64,000 nucleotides of DNA from Eledone cirrhosa. Its lineage: Eukaryota. Under the pieces are notes generated by a model. The model searched no databases. It saw only the letters and a program-made list of their open reading frames with translations, and had not been told where the DNA came from. This document shows, in pieces, positions 25,915-38,066 of the stretch. The DNA lies in assembly GCA_964016885.1 (NCBI GenBank), contig OZ024742.1, positions 276,024,001 to 276,088,000 on the forward strand, given 5' to 3'. Both the position numbers and the translations under genes were made by a program. Position 1 is the stretch's first letter, and each line of letters opens with the position of its first letter.

Positions 25915-27884
25915 TTGAGGGTACACGTAACTGTGGAATACTCAACCACTTGCAAGTTAATTAGTGAATTACATGTTCGGTTGTTTGAACAACTGAATGC
26001 TCATCATTGAAACCAATGGAGAATTTATTATATATCATCATCATCATCATCATCATCATCATTGGTGATGATGATGATAGTGGTAAGACGATGGTAATGA
26101 TGATGGCAGTGAAAAAGATAGACAGACAGTAGGGTCAATGAAACAGTGTTTTGGTATTCAAGCTAACATACATACATACAATATCTCTCTCTCTCTGTCA
26201 CAGTTACTCCACTGTAAGGAGAGAGAGAGGTAGTGACAGAGGCTGGGAGGGTGGAATGGTGAAGTGGTGGCAGCTGGCAGGGAAGAGAAGTGAAGTTAGT
26301 GGGGAGGTCACCAAAAAACTGTGCTGAACTGTTAAAACAGATATTTCTCCAGTTGTGCAGAACTTCTTGTAAAACATTCCATTGTTTCAGTCTACTACTA
26401 CTGTTACTACTAACACTACTACTATCACTACTACTATCACTACCACCACCACTGACAACTACTGCTAAGTTATATATAATTAGTTCATTATATATATATA
26501 TACATACATATATTTACACATACATACACATCACCACCACCAACAACAACAGTACATTCTAAGAATTCACAGGAAGTGCCAAACTTTCATCACAGAAGTT
26601 ATTCAAATAAGAATGGTAAAATGGTGGGATGGTGAATGGCAGGCTGTTTCTACTTTCTTACTATATCACTGTTTCACCAATCTAGTATTTCTTGTTAAAC
26701 TATAAACACTGTTGACATTATTGTGTAGCTGTTGCTTTCACCAAGTTGGCTTATAGACAAGGTCCACTCCAGCTGCATAGTCTTAAATTGTTCCAAATAC
26801 ATGGGCAGACATGGTTGTGTAGTTAAGAAGTTTGTTTCACAACCATATGATACTGGGTTCAGTATCATATGGTTGTGAAACAAACTTTAGACAGGAAGAG
26901 TCTTCTACTGTAGAAACTTGTCATATGTGTATGTGTTTATATGCATGTGCATCCATGTCTACCTGTATTTATGTCACATACATTAGTGATTTAAAAAGTA
27001 CAGGACTTGAAAAAATAAGTACTGGGTTGATGGGCTTCCACATAATCTCTGCTTACCCAGTTTCAGCTGACCAGGGGCTGTGATAAAAGACAATTGTCAA
27101 AGATGCCATGCAGTAGGATTGAACACAGAACACCATGGTTGTAGAGCAAACCACTAGAACATTGCTGTATCACATCCTTATCATCACATTGGACTAAATT
27201 ATCTAAAATGTTCTTCTTTGTTGTTGTTTAAGCCTAGGTCAGTCATGATACAGTAGATCTTTAAAGAAAGGTGTTCCAACCATGACCTTCCCATCTTTAA
27301 TTCAAACATAGTATACCTTGGACTACATTATTTAATGTGTCTTTTTGTGTTTTATATCTATGAAAATCCAAATCCAGGAGACTTATGGTAGGAAATGTTC
27401 CAGCCATAACCATCCCATCTTTTGTTGAAACATAGTTTCTTTCTACCAGGTTTCACTTACAAAGTATGGCTTCACCTGAAGATATGATAAAAACCACTGA
27501 CCCCAAGAGTAGAGTAATAGGATTGAACTTAGAAACATATGATAGCAATGCAAGCTTCTTTAATACCCAAACACATATGCATACAGACACACACAGTAGA
27601 AGAGTACATACAGTCATTTTTCTCAGATCTACAGGTATTCTATGTGCCACAAACTAGCACCACTATCACCATCAGCACGGCCATCACAAAAACTATCACC
27701 ACAGCCATCATCACAGACACTATCACCACAAACACCAACACCATCACCTCCACACACCACAACCACTTGTTCCACTCTTCATTTCATATCAATAAAAACA
27801 AGGAAACAAAGTAACAACTTATAGTTTGTGGTAGATTAGTCTCAAGTAAATCAACATATATACACATACATATGATCCTTCATC

Positions 27885-28445
27885 ATGTTGTACTGTTGTT
27901 GAAAGCGTTGATAGCTTAATTAATCAAATGTTCCATAATTTTGAAATCCACCATTCCAGTAAATGCCATCCACAAAAATCTCTCACAAATGATCCTTGGA
28001 TTTATAGTTCTAGCTAGACCTATAAAGTTGTCAACGAGGATGAAGATATTCATTATAACTGTTTTGTTTGCTGCCACACAACCTTGAATTGAAAAAGATT
28101 GCAGTCATCATACTTCCCAGAAACCTGATTAGCCAAGATTGTGAAATGGGACATGTGTGGTTGTGACTGAACTACAGCCTCACATTTTTGAAGCCAAAAT
28201 CCTCTCTGGATATGGTAAGGAAGACATCATACTTATACCTAGAATACTGCTAATACCAACAGATGTTCCCCTTCATTCTAAATGATTGCAATTATTAGTT
28301 AGAGTCAGCTATGCAATGACTAACAAGCCCCAAGGTCAAACACTGCAGATTGTCGGTCTCTATCTAGAAGAGGACTGTTTCTCACAGGGTCAGTTGTATG
28401 TAGGTTGTTCCTGAGTAGGAAGCTCTTACAAACTCTTCATATATA
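27885..28445 (+). pseudogene. Helitron RepHel Pif1-like helicase C-terminal relic
   Basis: Manual translation: LPHNLELK...IILPRNL...NGTCVVVTELQPHIFEAKILSG...LIPRILLIPTDVP...VRVSYAMTNKPQGQTLQIVGLYLEEDCFSQGQLYVGCS*VG, with stops and frameshifts. Confidence 0.9.
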
Positions 28446-28489
28446 TACTTCAAAGATTTCTTACAAATGGGACAGTTCTAATCCTGTAG

Positions 28490-28735
28490 AGTCAAGGGGG
28501 CATACAAGCCGAATAGACTTCTTCCTCACCAGAAACAAGACAGGTAAACGGTTGTAAATGCCAAATCCTTTCCTGGGAAATAATGTACCTACCAACATTG
28601 ATTAGTTATCAGTGACCTTAAAGTAAGGGTTGGCTGGACCAAGAGACAAAAGCTAGTCTGGAGGAAAAAGACAGAAGCTGAGAGAACTCTCTGTAGGTAA
28701 GATATTTAGAGAAATCCTTCTTGACACCTATGACA
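28490..28735 (+). mobile_element. RTE LINE apurinic endonuclease C-terminal relic
   Basis: SRGHTSRIDFFLTR...VVNAKSFPG..CTYQH*LVISDL. Confidence 0.7.
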
Positions 28736-29559
28736 TAGAACAGAGAGGGAGGGAGAGAAGGGGGGAGGAGGGGGGGGGGAGAAAATGGTGGGTCGAGAGG
28801 AGTGTTGATCTATATGACAAACACACCTGTACATGCTGTAAAGTGGTTGGTATTAAGAGGGAGTTAAGGTTAGGGTTTCTATGGCATCCAGCCATAGAAA
28901 GTTTGACAAACAAAGGGTTGGGAGGACATTTAGTTGTGTCAAAGATATGAAAACCTCTCCTGTGCACTCAGTAGAACGTGAGACTATACATAAGCAAGAT
29001 GCAGATCCCTGGCCTATTCAGGACATCAGTAGCCCTTCTTCAGTACTGACTTGGTATATGTAGGCACATCCAACCCTAGATGTTAATATGATGATGATGG
29101 TGATAATATATATATATATATCATTATCATCACCATTTAACATCCATTTTTCTACACTAGCATGGGTTAGACGAGTTGTCCCATTGCGAGACAAATCAGA
29201 TCAGATGACAGTGCCTTGGTCATACAAAACTGTTTCTGACTTCGTTTCTACAGCTGGATACTCTTCCTAACGCCATTTAAACACACACACACCACACCAC
29301 ATCACACACACAGACACCCACACACACACATACACACACACACACACACACGCACACACAAATAGCTAATATGAAGCATAATGTGAGATATGTAATAAAT
29401 GACTGATAAGTTTCAGAAAGCCAGTACAATGTGGTAGAAATATATAAAGGGAAAGGGATGTATATTTCAATAGGATATTTCAGGTCTTATACCTCCTTTT
29501 CAAATGTAAAACGAAAATGGATTCAAAACAAAAGTGAACGATTGATGTGTTCTTTAACT

Positions 29560-30280
29560 GATCTAAGTGTCTAAAATATGCATGCGCGGAGACGTTATAT
29601 TAGCCAATCCACTTCATACATTTTCAGTCTATTATTTATCTGTGGCTTTTTCTTGTTGATGGTAATATCCTCTTTGATTCTTGAATTTCCCACCTTCCTT
29701 TCTGTCACCTCTATGGTGCCCTCAATGTCTCAGCTGTGACATCTGTCAAGATGTTTGACAGAAGAAACTCTCATTGTCATGTGTTCCTTGATCCATATAT
29801 GAAGCATCTGGTTGGTGTTTCCAATGTACAAGGAGCTACATTGTTTAGATGTGACCTTGTAGTCCACATACACTCTTAGACACACATTGTTGATGAGACA
29901 GCTAGGAAGTGTGCACAAATCATTATATGCAGGTCAATGTCTGTAGAGTTGTTTCCTCAATAAAGGTCCTGAGTGTGCCAGCTGTATATTCAGGCCTTCC
30001 TTATGGATGACTTGTCTAATGGTACCAATTGTCTTCTAAGTGAAATGTGGCAGCTTTAGGTAGCATATATTACCACTAGAGACACATGTTCCTTGTTCTT
30101 TTAAGTGTTGTTGCCTTGACATTTCGATGTTTGGTGAGAGAAGTAGGATAGTTATTCTTGGTGAGAACTCTCTGCAATTCCACTGTATTGGTATGATTGT
30201 TGCTACCCTCGCTACATCTGATGCACATCCAGCAGATCTAATTCTGTATATAGGCCATTTTGGCTCTGTAGGGGAGGGCA
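29560..30280 (-). mobile_element. Penelope-like element relic (linker plus GIY-YIG endonuclease)
   Basis: C...C..VYVDYKVTSKQCSSLYIGNTNQMLHIWIKEH (cf. VVYKITC..C...YIG.T.R.L..RI.EH), preceded by YLKLPHF. Confidence 0.8.
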
Positions 30281-30443
30281 GAATCATGGTATGTATATAT
30301 AAAATCATCATCATCATCATTTTACGTCCGCTTTTCCCTGCTTGCTTCATTTACAGTGAGTGCTGGGTGCTTTTTTGCCGTGGCACCTCCACAACCACTT
30401 TGCAGTGGAATGATAGGGACTGCAGTAATGTATGTATATATAA

Positions 30444-30521
<78 letters not shown>

Positions 30522-31234
30522 TAGTAGAAGTACCTGGCATTGCCTGGATTAAAGAAAATAATGAAATTTTATGCAAAACTTATATATATATATATTTTCT
30601 TAATATTTATTGTGATTAGTGATTCTAATATTTTATCATAACAAATTCTATGAGATCAACAACAATAATAAATTTGAAATAGAAAACCCATAAAAGTAAA
30701 TTATGATAAAAATTCGGTGAATTTTTAGAACACCCACTCGATTTTTGTTGGAAATAATTATTTTTCCTTGGTTTGTTTGTGAGCTATCAATTAATATCAA
30801 CTCTGACTAAGCTGCAAATGATTTTTTTCCGCAGAAAAGGGAAAGAGAAGAGAGGGCTGACCCTCAGACTTTTCCCCTCCTATGGAGTTTTATTTTGTGG
30901 GATTCCCTAACCCTAAACCTAACTTAAGCCTTCTATTTTTCGAACTGGATACGGATATTTTTCGGAAAGGAGGCAGCTACAGTAAAATTTCAACAGCTAC
31001 GTGGTAGCTCAACATGCTAGAAATACCAGCCAAATCTTTCCATTTTCTGACAAAGGAATTGTTTTTGCATGATTTGGAAGTTAAATCCAGTCAGATTCAT
31101 AACCTTAGCTTTATGAGACTTTCTTCCAAATGAAGGTCTATTCACCAAAAATTTGACCTGACCATTAGTTTTGTTTGTTGTTTACAAAAATAAATGGAAG
31201 TTAATGCAGTATGTGTCATAAGACACACAAATAT

Positions 31235-31270
<36 letters not shown>

Positions 31271-31369
31271 CAGGTGTCCTCCAAAATGTATACACACTTT
31301 GATTTTCTGTATAGGCAATATTTATTAGGATGCTGTTGAAGTGTGTATACAATTTTTGGCGACACTCTG
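31271..31369. mobile_element. Tc1/mariner-type MITE (about 100 bp)
   Basis: TA-CAGGTGTCCTCCAAAATGTATACAC...GTGTATACAATTTTTGGCGACACTCTG-TA; second copy at 62949-63049. Confidence 0.85.
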
Positions 31370-31842
31370 TATGTATGTGTATATATATATAAAGAGAGAG
31401 AGAGAGAGAGAGTGTGTTGACCATGTATAAGGTATCTCCTGTCTCTTCCAATTAAATCAATTAACAAGAGAGAAAGAGGTGAACACACCTGCTAACACAC
31501 TAACAACACCATATGACACACATATACTGCATTAATTTCCATTTTAACAGTGGAGTAAAATTTTAGTTGAATAAGGATTACCTCCTGTCCCTTAAAACAA
31601 TATAGGTCCAAGTTTGAGGACAACTTATAGCTGAGTTTGAACATGATTAGTTTCCTGAGTTTTTGAGTGCATTGGTAACAAACAGACCAACAAACAAGCA
31701 ATTTTATATATATATATATGAATGTATATATAATGTATTTTGCAATACACTGTATGCTTAATTAAAAGCATTTTGAAGACCTTACGCTATTGTTTTAAAG
31801 TAGTGCCTATGTCACTTCTTTTTTTTCAGCAAACAAAGGGAT

Positions 31843-33485
31843 ATCATCATCATCATCGTTTAACGTCCATCTTACATTGGAAGGGGTGGTGTGGATGGGG
31901 TGGGGGTAGTGGGGCCGGGGTGTATTTTTGTTAGAGGTGCCTACTGACTGTAGGTTTCGCTTTGTACTTAGGCAAGGCGGGTCTTCTGTATTACTGTGTA
32001 GCGCCAAAGATCTCGGTCCAGTGACATTGTCTTAGAGAGGTGTATGTGTGTGAGGTCGGAATTTATCAAGTCGTCCCAGGTTTTTCTGGGTCTGCCTACT
32101 CCGTGGCTACTGTCTATTTTTATCGCCCTGCACTTTTTTATGCAGCTGTCGTCTTTCATGCGCATCACGTGACCATACCAACGTAGTCTTCTCTCGAGTA
32201 AAGAGCATCTGATCCCTCTTATTCCTAATTTCTCCCTTAGTTCGTTTATGCTTTGCCGTTCACGTATATTACTATTACACATCCAGCGGAGCATGCAAGC
32301 TTCATTCCTCTCCTGTCTGCGCAGATCCTCTGCACACAATGCCCAGATCTCATTGCCATACAACATTGCTGTTCGTATGCAGGCATCATACAGCCTGCCT
32401 TTCATTTTTAGAGAGAACCCTTTAGCGGCTAATAGTGGTATAAGCTCTCTGAACTTTTTCCATCCAGTTCTGACTCTAGCTACTGTACTTTCAGAACATC
32501 CTCCACCACTGCTGATTTTGTCACCTAGGTAACGGAAGGTGTCCACTATTTCTATAGAACCATCTGTGCAATAGAATGAGCTAGTATTTTTTGGGCACTT
32601 GCTGTTACTTATTGCACCAGAGCACAAGCCACATATAAAATTCTTAGTTAGCTTACCTGTGATCCCACTACATCTTTTATGCACCCATACTTTGCATTTG
32701 GGACATAAAATGGAGTTTCTGCCTACTCCTTTCCTACACACTGAGCATGGCCATTTCCCAGATGGGACTGGTGCACTATTTTCCTTCCTACAAACTAGAA
32801 CTTTAGTCTTCGACAGGTTAATTTTAAGGCCTTTTGATTCTAGGCCATGCTTCCATATTTGGAATTTCTTCTCTAGTTCGGCCATTGATTCAGCTATGAG
32901 CGATAGATCATCTGGATATAGGAGTTCCCATGGGCAGCCGGTCTTGAACTCCTCTGTTATAGCCTGAAGGGCAATAATAAATAGGAGGGGGCTAAGGACG
33001 GAGCCCTGATGAACACCAACTTTTACGCTAAACTCTTCACTATATTCGTTGTTAATTCTAACCTTGCTGACTGTTTCTTTATACATGGCTTGTATAGCTC
33101 TCACAAGCCATTCATCAACACCTAGTTTTCTAAGAGCCCACCAGATAATGGAGCGGGGGACTCTGTCGAAGGCTTTCTCCAAGTCGACAAAAGCTAAGTA
33201 TAGGGGTTTACTTTTAGCTAGGTACTTCTCCTGTAGTTGTCATACAATGAAAAGAGCGTCTGTGGTACTTTTACCTGACACAAACCCGAACTGCATTTCA
33301 TCTAGGTCAATTCGCTCACTGATTAGTTGCGCTATTACTTTTTCTGTGACCTTCATGACCTGGTCGATTAATTTAATGCCTCTATAGTTACCCCTATCTA
33401 GGGCATCTCCCTTACCCTTGTAGCAGTTAATGATGATGCTGCTACGCCAGTCCTTCGGAACGACCCCATTCTGTATGACTTGGTT
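31843..33485 (-). mobile_element. RTE LINE, 5'-truncated, 3' UTR mostly deleted
   Basis: ORFs 33240-33548 and 31968-33182; YPDD variant, PHD finger; the 5' end abuts (TA)n. Confidence 0.95.
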
Positions 33486-33528
33486 TATATATATATATAG
33501 ATATATATATAGATATAGATATATAAAT

Positions 33529-33582
<54 letters not shown>

Positions 33583-34779
33583 TGAATAAAAAGCCAAGGT
33601 TATTTGTATGTGCACCTGTGTGTGTGTGTGTGCATGATCAGTATATGCAACATGTGTTGTGTGTTTTTACCATGCTTCCTTCAAGCATATCTAACCATCC
33701 ATATCTATCACCATGGCAACTATATAGAGATGTGGTTACCAGAGGAAATGTAACTGGAGTAGAGTGGAGCTTTATATCAATGAGTGACATCCCTATATCA
33801 AGTTTGGCCATCTCCACCATACCCACCAACATTATCATCCCCATCTTTACCATTATCTTCCACCATCCTCATCACTACCATCATCATTCCCAGCACCTAT
33901 ATCAATTTCATTTTAACCAACACCACAGCTACCATCATTATAAACATCACTGGCACTGCCACCACTACCACCACCATCATCATCACCACCAACATTACTA
34001 CTGCCACCATCATCACTATAATCACTATCACCTTCACCACTACTATCATCATCATTATCACCATCACCATAACCACCACAACCACTTTAGAAATCAATGC
34101 TCAATTAGCAGGTTTTGGGTGTGTGTGTAGACCACTTGTAACACTACACCATCTGTTTGCCCACTTGGTTAGTAAGATAACACTAAAAAACTGCAACATT
34201 TCCCTCCTTCTCCATTGTTTCCTAGCAACAACTAATAATAATATGGGATGATGACAGTAAATATTTGATTTATGCAGCACTGCTTTAATCCTTTCATTGC
34301 CATATTTCTAATAAAAGACACTGCCTATAATTTTAAAAGGAATTTGAAAACAACGAAAGTTCTTACATAAAATTATGACATAAGGTTTTTAGATAAATTT
34401 AAACATTTAAAAACAAACAGGTCTGTATCCTAGAACCAGTGGTGGTTTCAAGTGGTTTTGTATCAAAATGGTTAAAAGGAGCTTTCTAACTGTTTCAAAC
34501 ACAATCCTGCACATTTAAACATAATCTGTTTTATTTTTTCTTCAAATATCTACAAATATCCTTTTAGTCTTTTACTAGAACACCACCTTATTTTAATGAT
34601 CTCTTTTTGTCAAACTGCTAAGTTACAGGACAACAAACAGAAAACACAGACATGCATATATGCATTCATACATATCTCGCTACCCCCCCCCCCCCCCCAC
34701 ACACACACACTCTCTTTCTATATATATAGAATAAGAAAATGCTAAGTAGTTTCAGATGTTAAAGTCCTTTATTGATAAG

Positions 34780-34854
34780 GCTGTGATACATATTTTGATG
34801 ACGACAGTGGCCACACGATTCCACATACACAATGCCATGTTCTCATCAGACAGC
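34780..34854 (-). ncRNA. Type I minimal hammerhead motif, G12A-mutated
   Basis: Minus strand GCTGT-CTGATGA-(46 nt)-AAAATATGTATC-ACAGC then AATAAA: perfect 5-bp stem I; CGAAA to CAAAA fits CpG decay. Confidence 0.6.
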
Positions 34855-35007
34855 TTTTTACATAAGTTTACGTTACACACACACCAAGCACTATACACAC
34901 ACACACAAACGCATGTGCAGAGACGGAGACAAAAATAAATAAATAAATAGATAAAATAAAAATGGTGTTTACAATACAATACAATACAATAATGGGAAAC
35001 ATGATAA

Positions 35008-35059
35008 TAGTACCACTGATGAAGTTGCAGATGTGCAACGAAAGAACTTTGTTAGACTA
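35008..35059 (+). ncRNA. Type I minimal hammerhead motif
   Basis: TAGTACCA-CTGATGA-A-GTTGCA-GATG-TGCAAC-GAAAG-AA-CTT-TGTTAGACTA: perfect 6-bp stem II, imperfect stem I. Confidence 0.65.
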
Positions 35060-35235
35060 TATATATATATTTATATCTGCATTTTTGACCGTTGGTCAGT
35101 CAATGATAAACATTGATGGCCAAATGAATTAACTATGGAGATATAAAAGATACAGATGCGAAAACCAACCAAACAGTGAGTGTGTTCTGTTATTATTTCT
35201 GGCAATATTACAACAATACGACCCTCCCCAAGTAT

Positions 35236-35272
<37 letters not shown>

Positions 35273-35289
35273 CACACACACATCCAAGA

Positions 35290-35565
35290 TGGTAAATCAT
35301 CTAGGATTGGAGAAACTCCAATTACAAATGAATTCCGGGGCAGATGTGGACTCCGCAAGCTGTAGTGAAGGCAACTTGTTTAGGAGAGCAGTGAATTCAA
35401 TTAAAAATGACTGCATGGGGCAGAAGTGGACTCTGAAAGCTGTAGTGAAGCTTACCCATTCAGGAGGGTAGACTCCAATTAAAAAACGACTGCACGGGGC
35501 AGACATGGGCTCTATAAGCCATAGTGAAGGCAACCCATCTAGGAGAGTAGATGCTTAAATAAAAA
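35290..35565. repeat. Diverged minisatellite, about 79-bp unit x3.5
   Basis: Recurrent CAATTAAAAA.GACTGCAYGGGGCAGA.GTGGACTC...AAGCTGTAGTGAAG. Confidence 0.85.
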
Positions 35566-36125
35566 CTCATAAGTGGTGGAGAGGACGCTTGAATCTAGTA
35601 AGACAACCTCTCTAGTGCTGGTGGCACAAATAATGCACCCAGTCTACGCTGTAAAGTGGTTGGTGATAGGAAGGGCATCCAACCAGAAACATCCAGCCAA
35701 AAATATTGATCCAAACCATGGAAGCAGACATAAAAACTGATGATAATGATGATCCAACTGTGTAACCCATGTCAAGATGGGAAAATGATGATGATAGTAT
35801 GACAGGCTTTCTTCCATCTACAAAATTTGAAGTAATAAAATAAGGATGATCAGTGTGGTGGTGCTTTATATCCTCTTTTGTTACTGTGAGGAAGGGAGGG
35901 AAATAGGGAGGAGGGGGGGCTATAATAAGCCAGTTTTCTTCACACCTGATTATATAATACAATAAAATAAACTGGTTTTCATCAATAAAGCATAGGAGAA
36001 GGGGATGAAGAGGAATGCATTTTATGACTCACCTGGCTTATTGTTTAACAGTATGAAAAAAAAAGAGAGGGAGGGATCTGGAGGGGTAAGGGGCTAATCT
36101 CTATTATTATTTTCCTTATTATGAT

Positions 36126-36303
36126 GGCAGTATCGGTAGAGGGTCGGATGCCATGCTTTCCAGCATAGTTACGTCCCTTTACGATCTGAGTTCAAATCCC
36201 GCCGAGGTTGACTTTGCCTTTCATCCTTACGGGGTCGATAAAATAAAGTACCAGTAATGTACTGGGTAATTGCTGGCCTTGTGCCTAAAGTAGAAACAAT
36301 TAT
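36126..36303 (+). mobile_element. tRNA-derived SINE family 2 (Meta/MESC-like central domain)
   Basis: GGCAGTATCGGTAGAG...GAGTTCAAATCCC...GCCTTTCATCCTTACGGGGTCGATAAAATAAAGTACC...AGAAACAATTAT; the domain name is from recall. Confidence 0.8.
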
Positions 36304-36715
36304 GAGAATAGTTTATCATGAGAGAGGCTGCTATAGTGAACATACGAATTCATATATATATATACATACACACACACACATACACCCCCCACAAACACAC
36401 ATATCTATATTATATTCAACTTTTTTTTTAGGTTTTTATTGACTGACCTGATTATCCATTGTCTAATGTTAGCTGTATTAATTTTTGTGTATGACCATAA
36501 TTAATTTGTGGGATATATCAATAAATTTGTTGTCTTCATTGAATAATTTGATGATCGTTAGTTGCTGAACATAAACTTTTGTTGATGGTTCTGAATTTTT
36601 TTTTTTTTTTCAATTTTTGCCAATGCTCTACCAATCTCATTGATGAAATACTCTGTAAATATTTTACTACAGTTAGCATTGAGTAGGATTGTGTTGCATG
36701 ATGTTGCAGTATCAT

Positions 36716-37030
36716 TCATGTATGAAGCACATCATTCATTATTGGGGTAGTCTGCAAAAGAACTTTATAGAAATCTTTCTTCTGTTCATCTGCTTGTGGC
36801 ACATATACAGAGATTATTGTAGATGTTGTATTACCCAAGACTAGCCTAAGGTCAATTATCCTATTACACACTCTATCTACCTCAATTACCTTCTCTGTCC
36901 ATTTCTCTACTAGTCCAACACCTCCTACACCATCACTGCCCATAAAAACTTGTTGCAATGTCTTATGTCCATGATCAGTCTAGTCAAAACTCGTATCCAT
37001 CTTACTTCTTGCTGACCGCATACATCTACA
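36716..37030 (-). mobile_element. RTE LINE apurinic endonuclease N-terminal relic
   Basis: GSDGVGGVGL.EKW.EKVIEVDRVCNRII.LRLVLG....IISVYVPQ....KKDFY. Confidence 0.8.
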
Positions 37031-37784
37031 CTAGTTATGGGTAAACTGCGGTATGTTTAGCTTTCTGAATGGCACACTTAATTTCATGATTACCTGAAAA
37101 ATGTTGCCCATGCCTGGTCTACATGCTTCCTCTCTAACATTTCTACAATCTTTCTAAACTTACTTTTCATTGGATTTATGTAGATAGTTTGAGGATTGAG
37201 ATGACATGTTAGTGTGTTGAGAGGGCACAACATGGAGGTACTACTTTAAGATGATTTAATATGGGTCAATTTGGTGAATAAGAAAATCCAAAAAAATCTA
37301 GGATAAAAATATAGGATTGAGACTTAGCACATGACAAAACTATGTAGGTTTTATAAAAATCTACACATGGCAAACAATGGTGAAATGTTTACCCTAAATA
37401 AACTAATTATGGGATTAAGTTAAATTATGAGATAAATACAAATATAGTTAAGTTAAGGAAAAGATCTTATGAAAAATGTTGTTGCCTTAGGATATGGAAC
37501 ATATGGTGAGATTTTACAAGTAACAATCCTACAAATTACATTACAGGTCAACAAGAATCTCATGTAGAGTTAGTTCTCTATGGTTGAGACTGTCATCTAT
37601 AATACTGGTTGAATTGAATAATTTATGCAGAGAGTTGACAATAGCAATAACTGGATGAGGGGGAATCAAGGCATGATTAATATGTTCAGCGAGCATGGAA
37701 ATATTATTTTAAAGTAATTATCTAAAACGAGTCATTTTGCAAATAAGAATATATTTATAAAGTCACAACAAAAATACACCTATT

Positions 37785-38013
37785 GTCTCTGTAAGGTGGT
37801 CATATTGAGGCCACAACAAAAAGCATCCAGTCCACCCTGTAAGGTGGTAGTACTGGTGTCACAACTAAAAAGCACCCATTCCACCCTGTAAAATGGTTGT
37901 GCAGGTGCCACAAAACATTAAAAAGGGCAAGTGAACAAGATGAGGCTACCTGACGTGTCTGGCATCATAACATGATATCCTGTCTAACCCATGCAAGCAT
38001 GGAAAATAGATAT
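37785..38013 (+). mobile_element. Decayed RTE 3' UTR
   Basis: Repeats of AAAAGCACCCAGTCCACCCTGTAAGGTGG plus terminal CTAACCCATGCAAGCATGGAAA. Confidence 0.75.
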
Positions 38014-38066
38014 TACACACACACACATATATATATGTACATATTTATATATGTGCATACCATATG

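Noticed and set aside
29465-29510. Hammerhead remnant downstream of the Penelope GIY-YIG relic
   Set aside because: The position fits, but the core reads TTGAAAA and stems I and III do not pair.
30905-30925. Interstitial telomeric repeats (also 28863 and 56313)
   Set aside because: Only 2-3 imperfect TTAGGG units; insufficient.
33582-34251. His/Thr/Ile-rich ORFs (also at 43.1, 44.3-44.9 and 48.6 kb)
   Set aside because: Stop-free frames of degenerate (CAT/CAC)n and pentamer repeats; no splice or domain support.
37200-37720. Possible decayed LINE ORF1 or host exon
   Set aside because: A-rich and coding-like, but with many stops and no motif I can identify.
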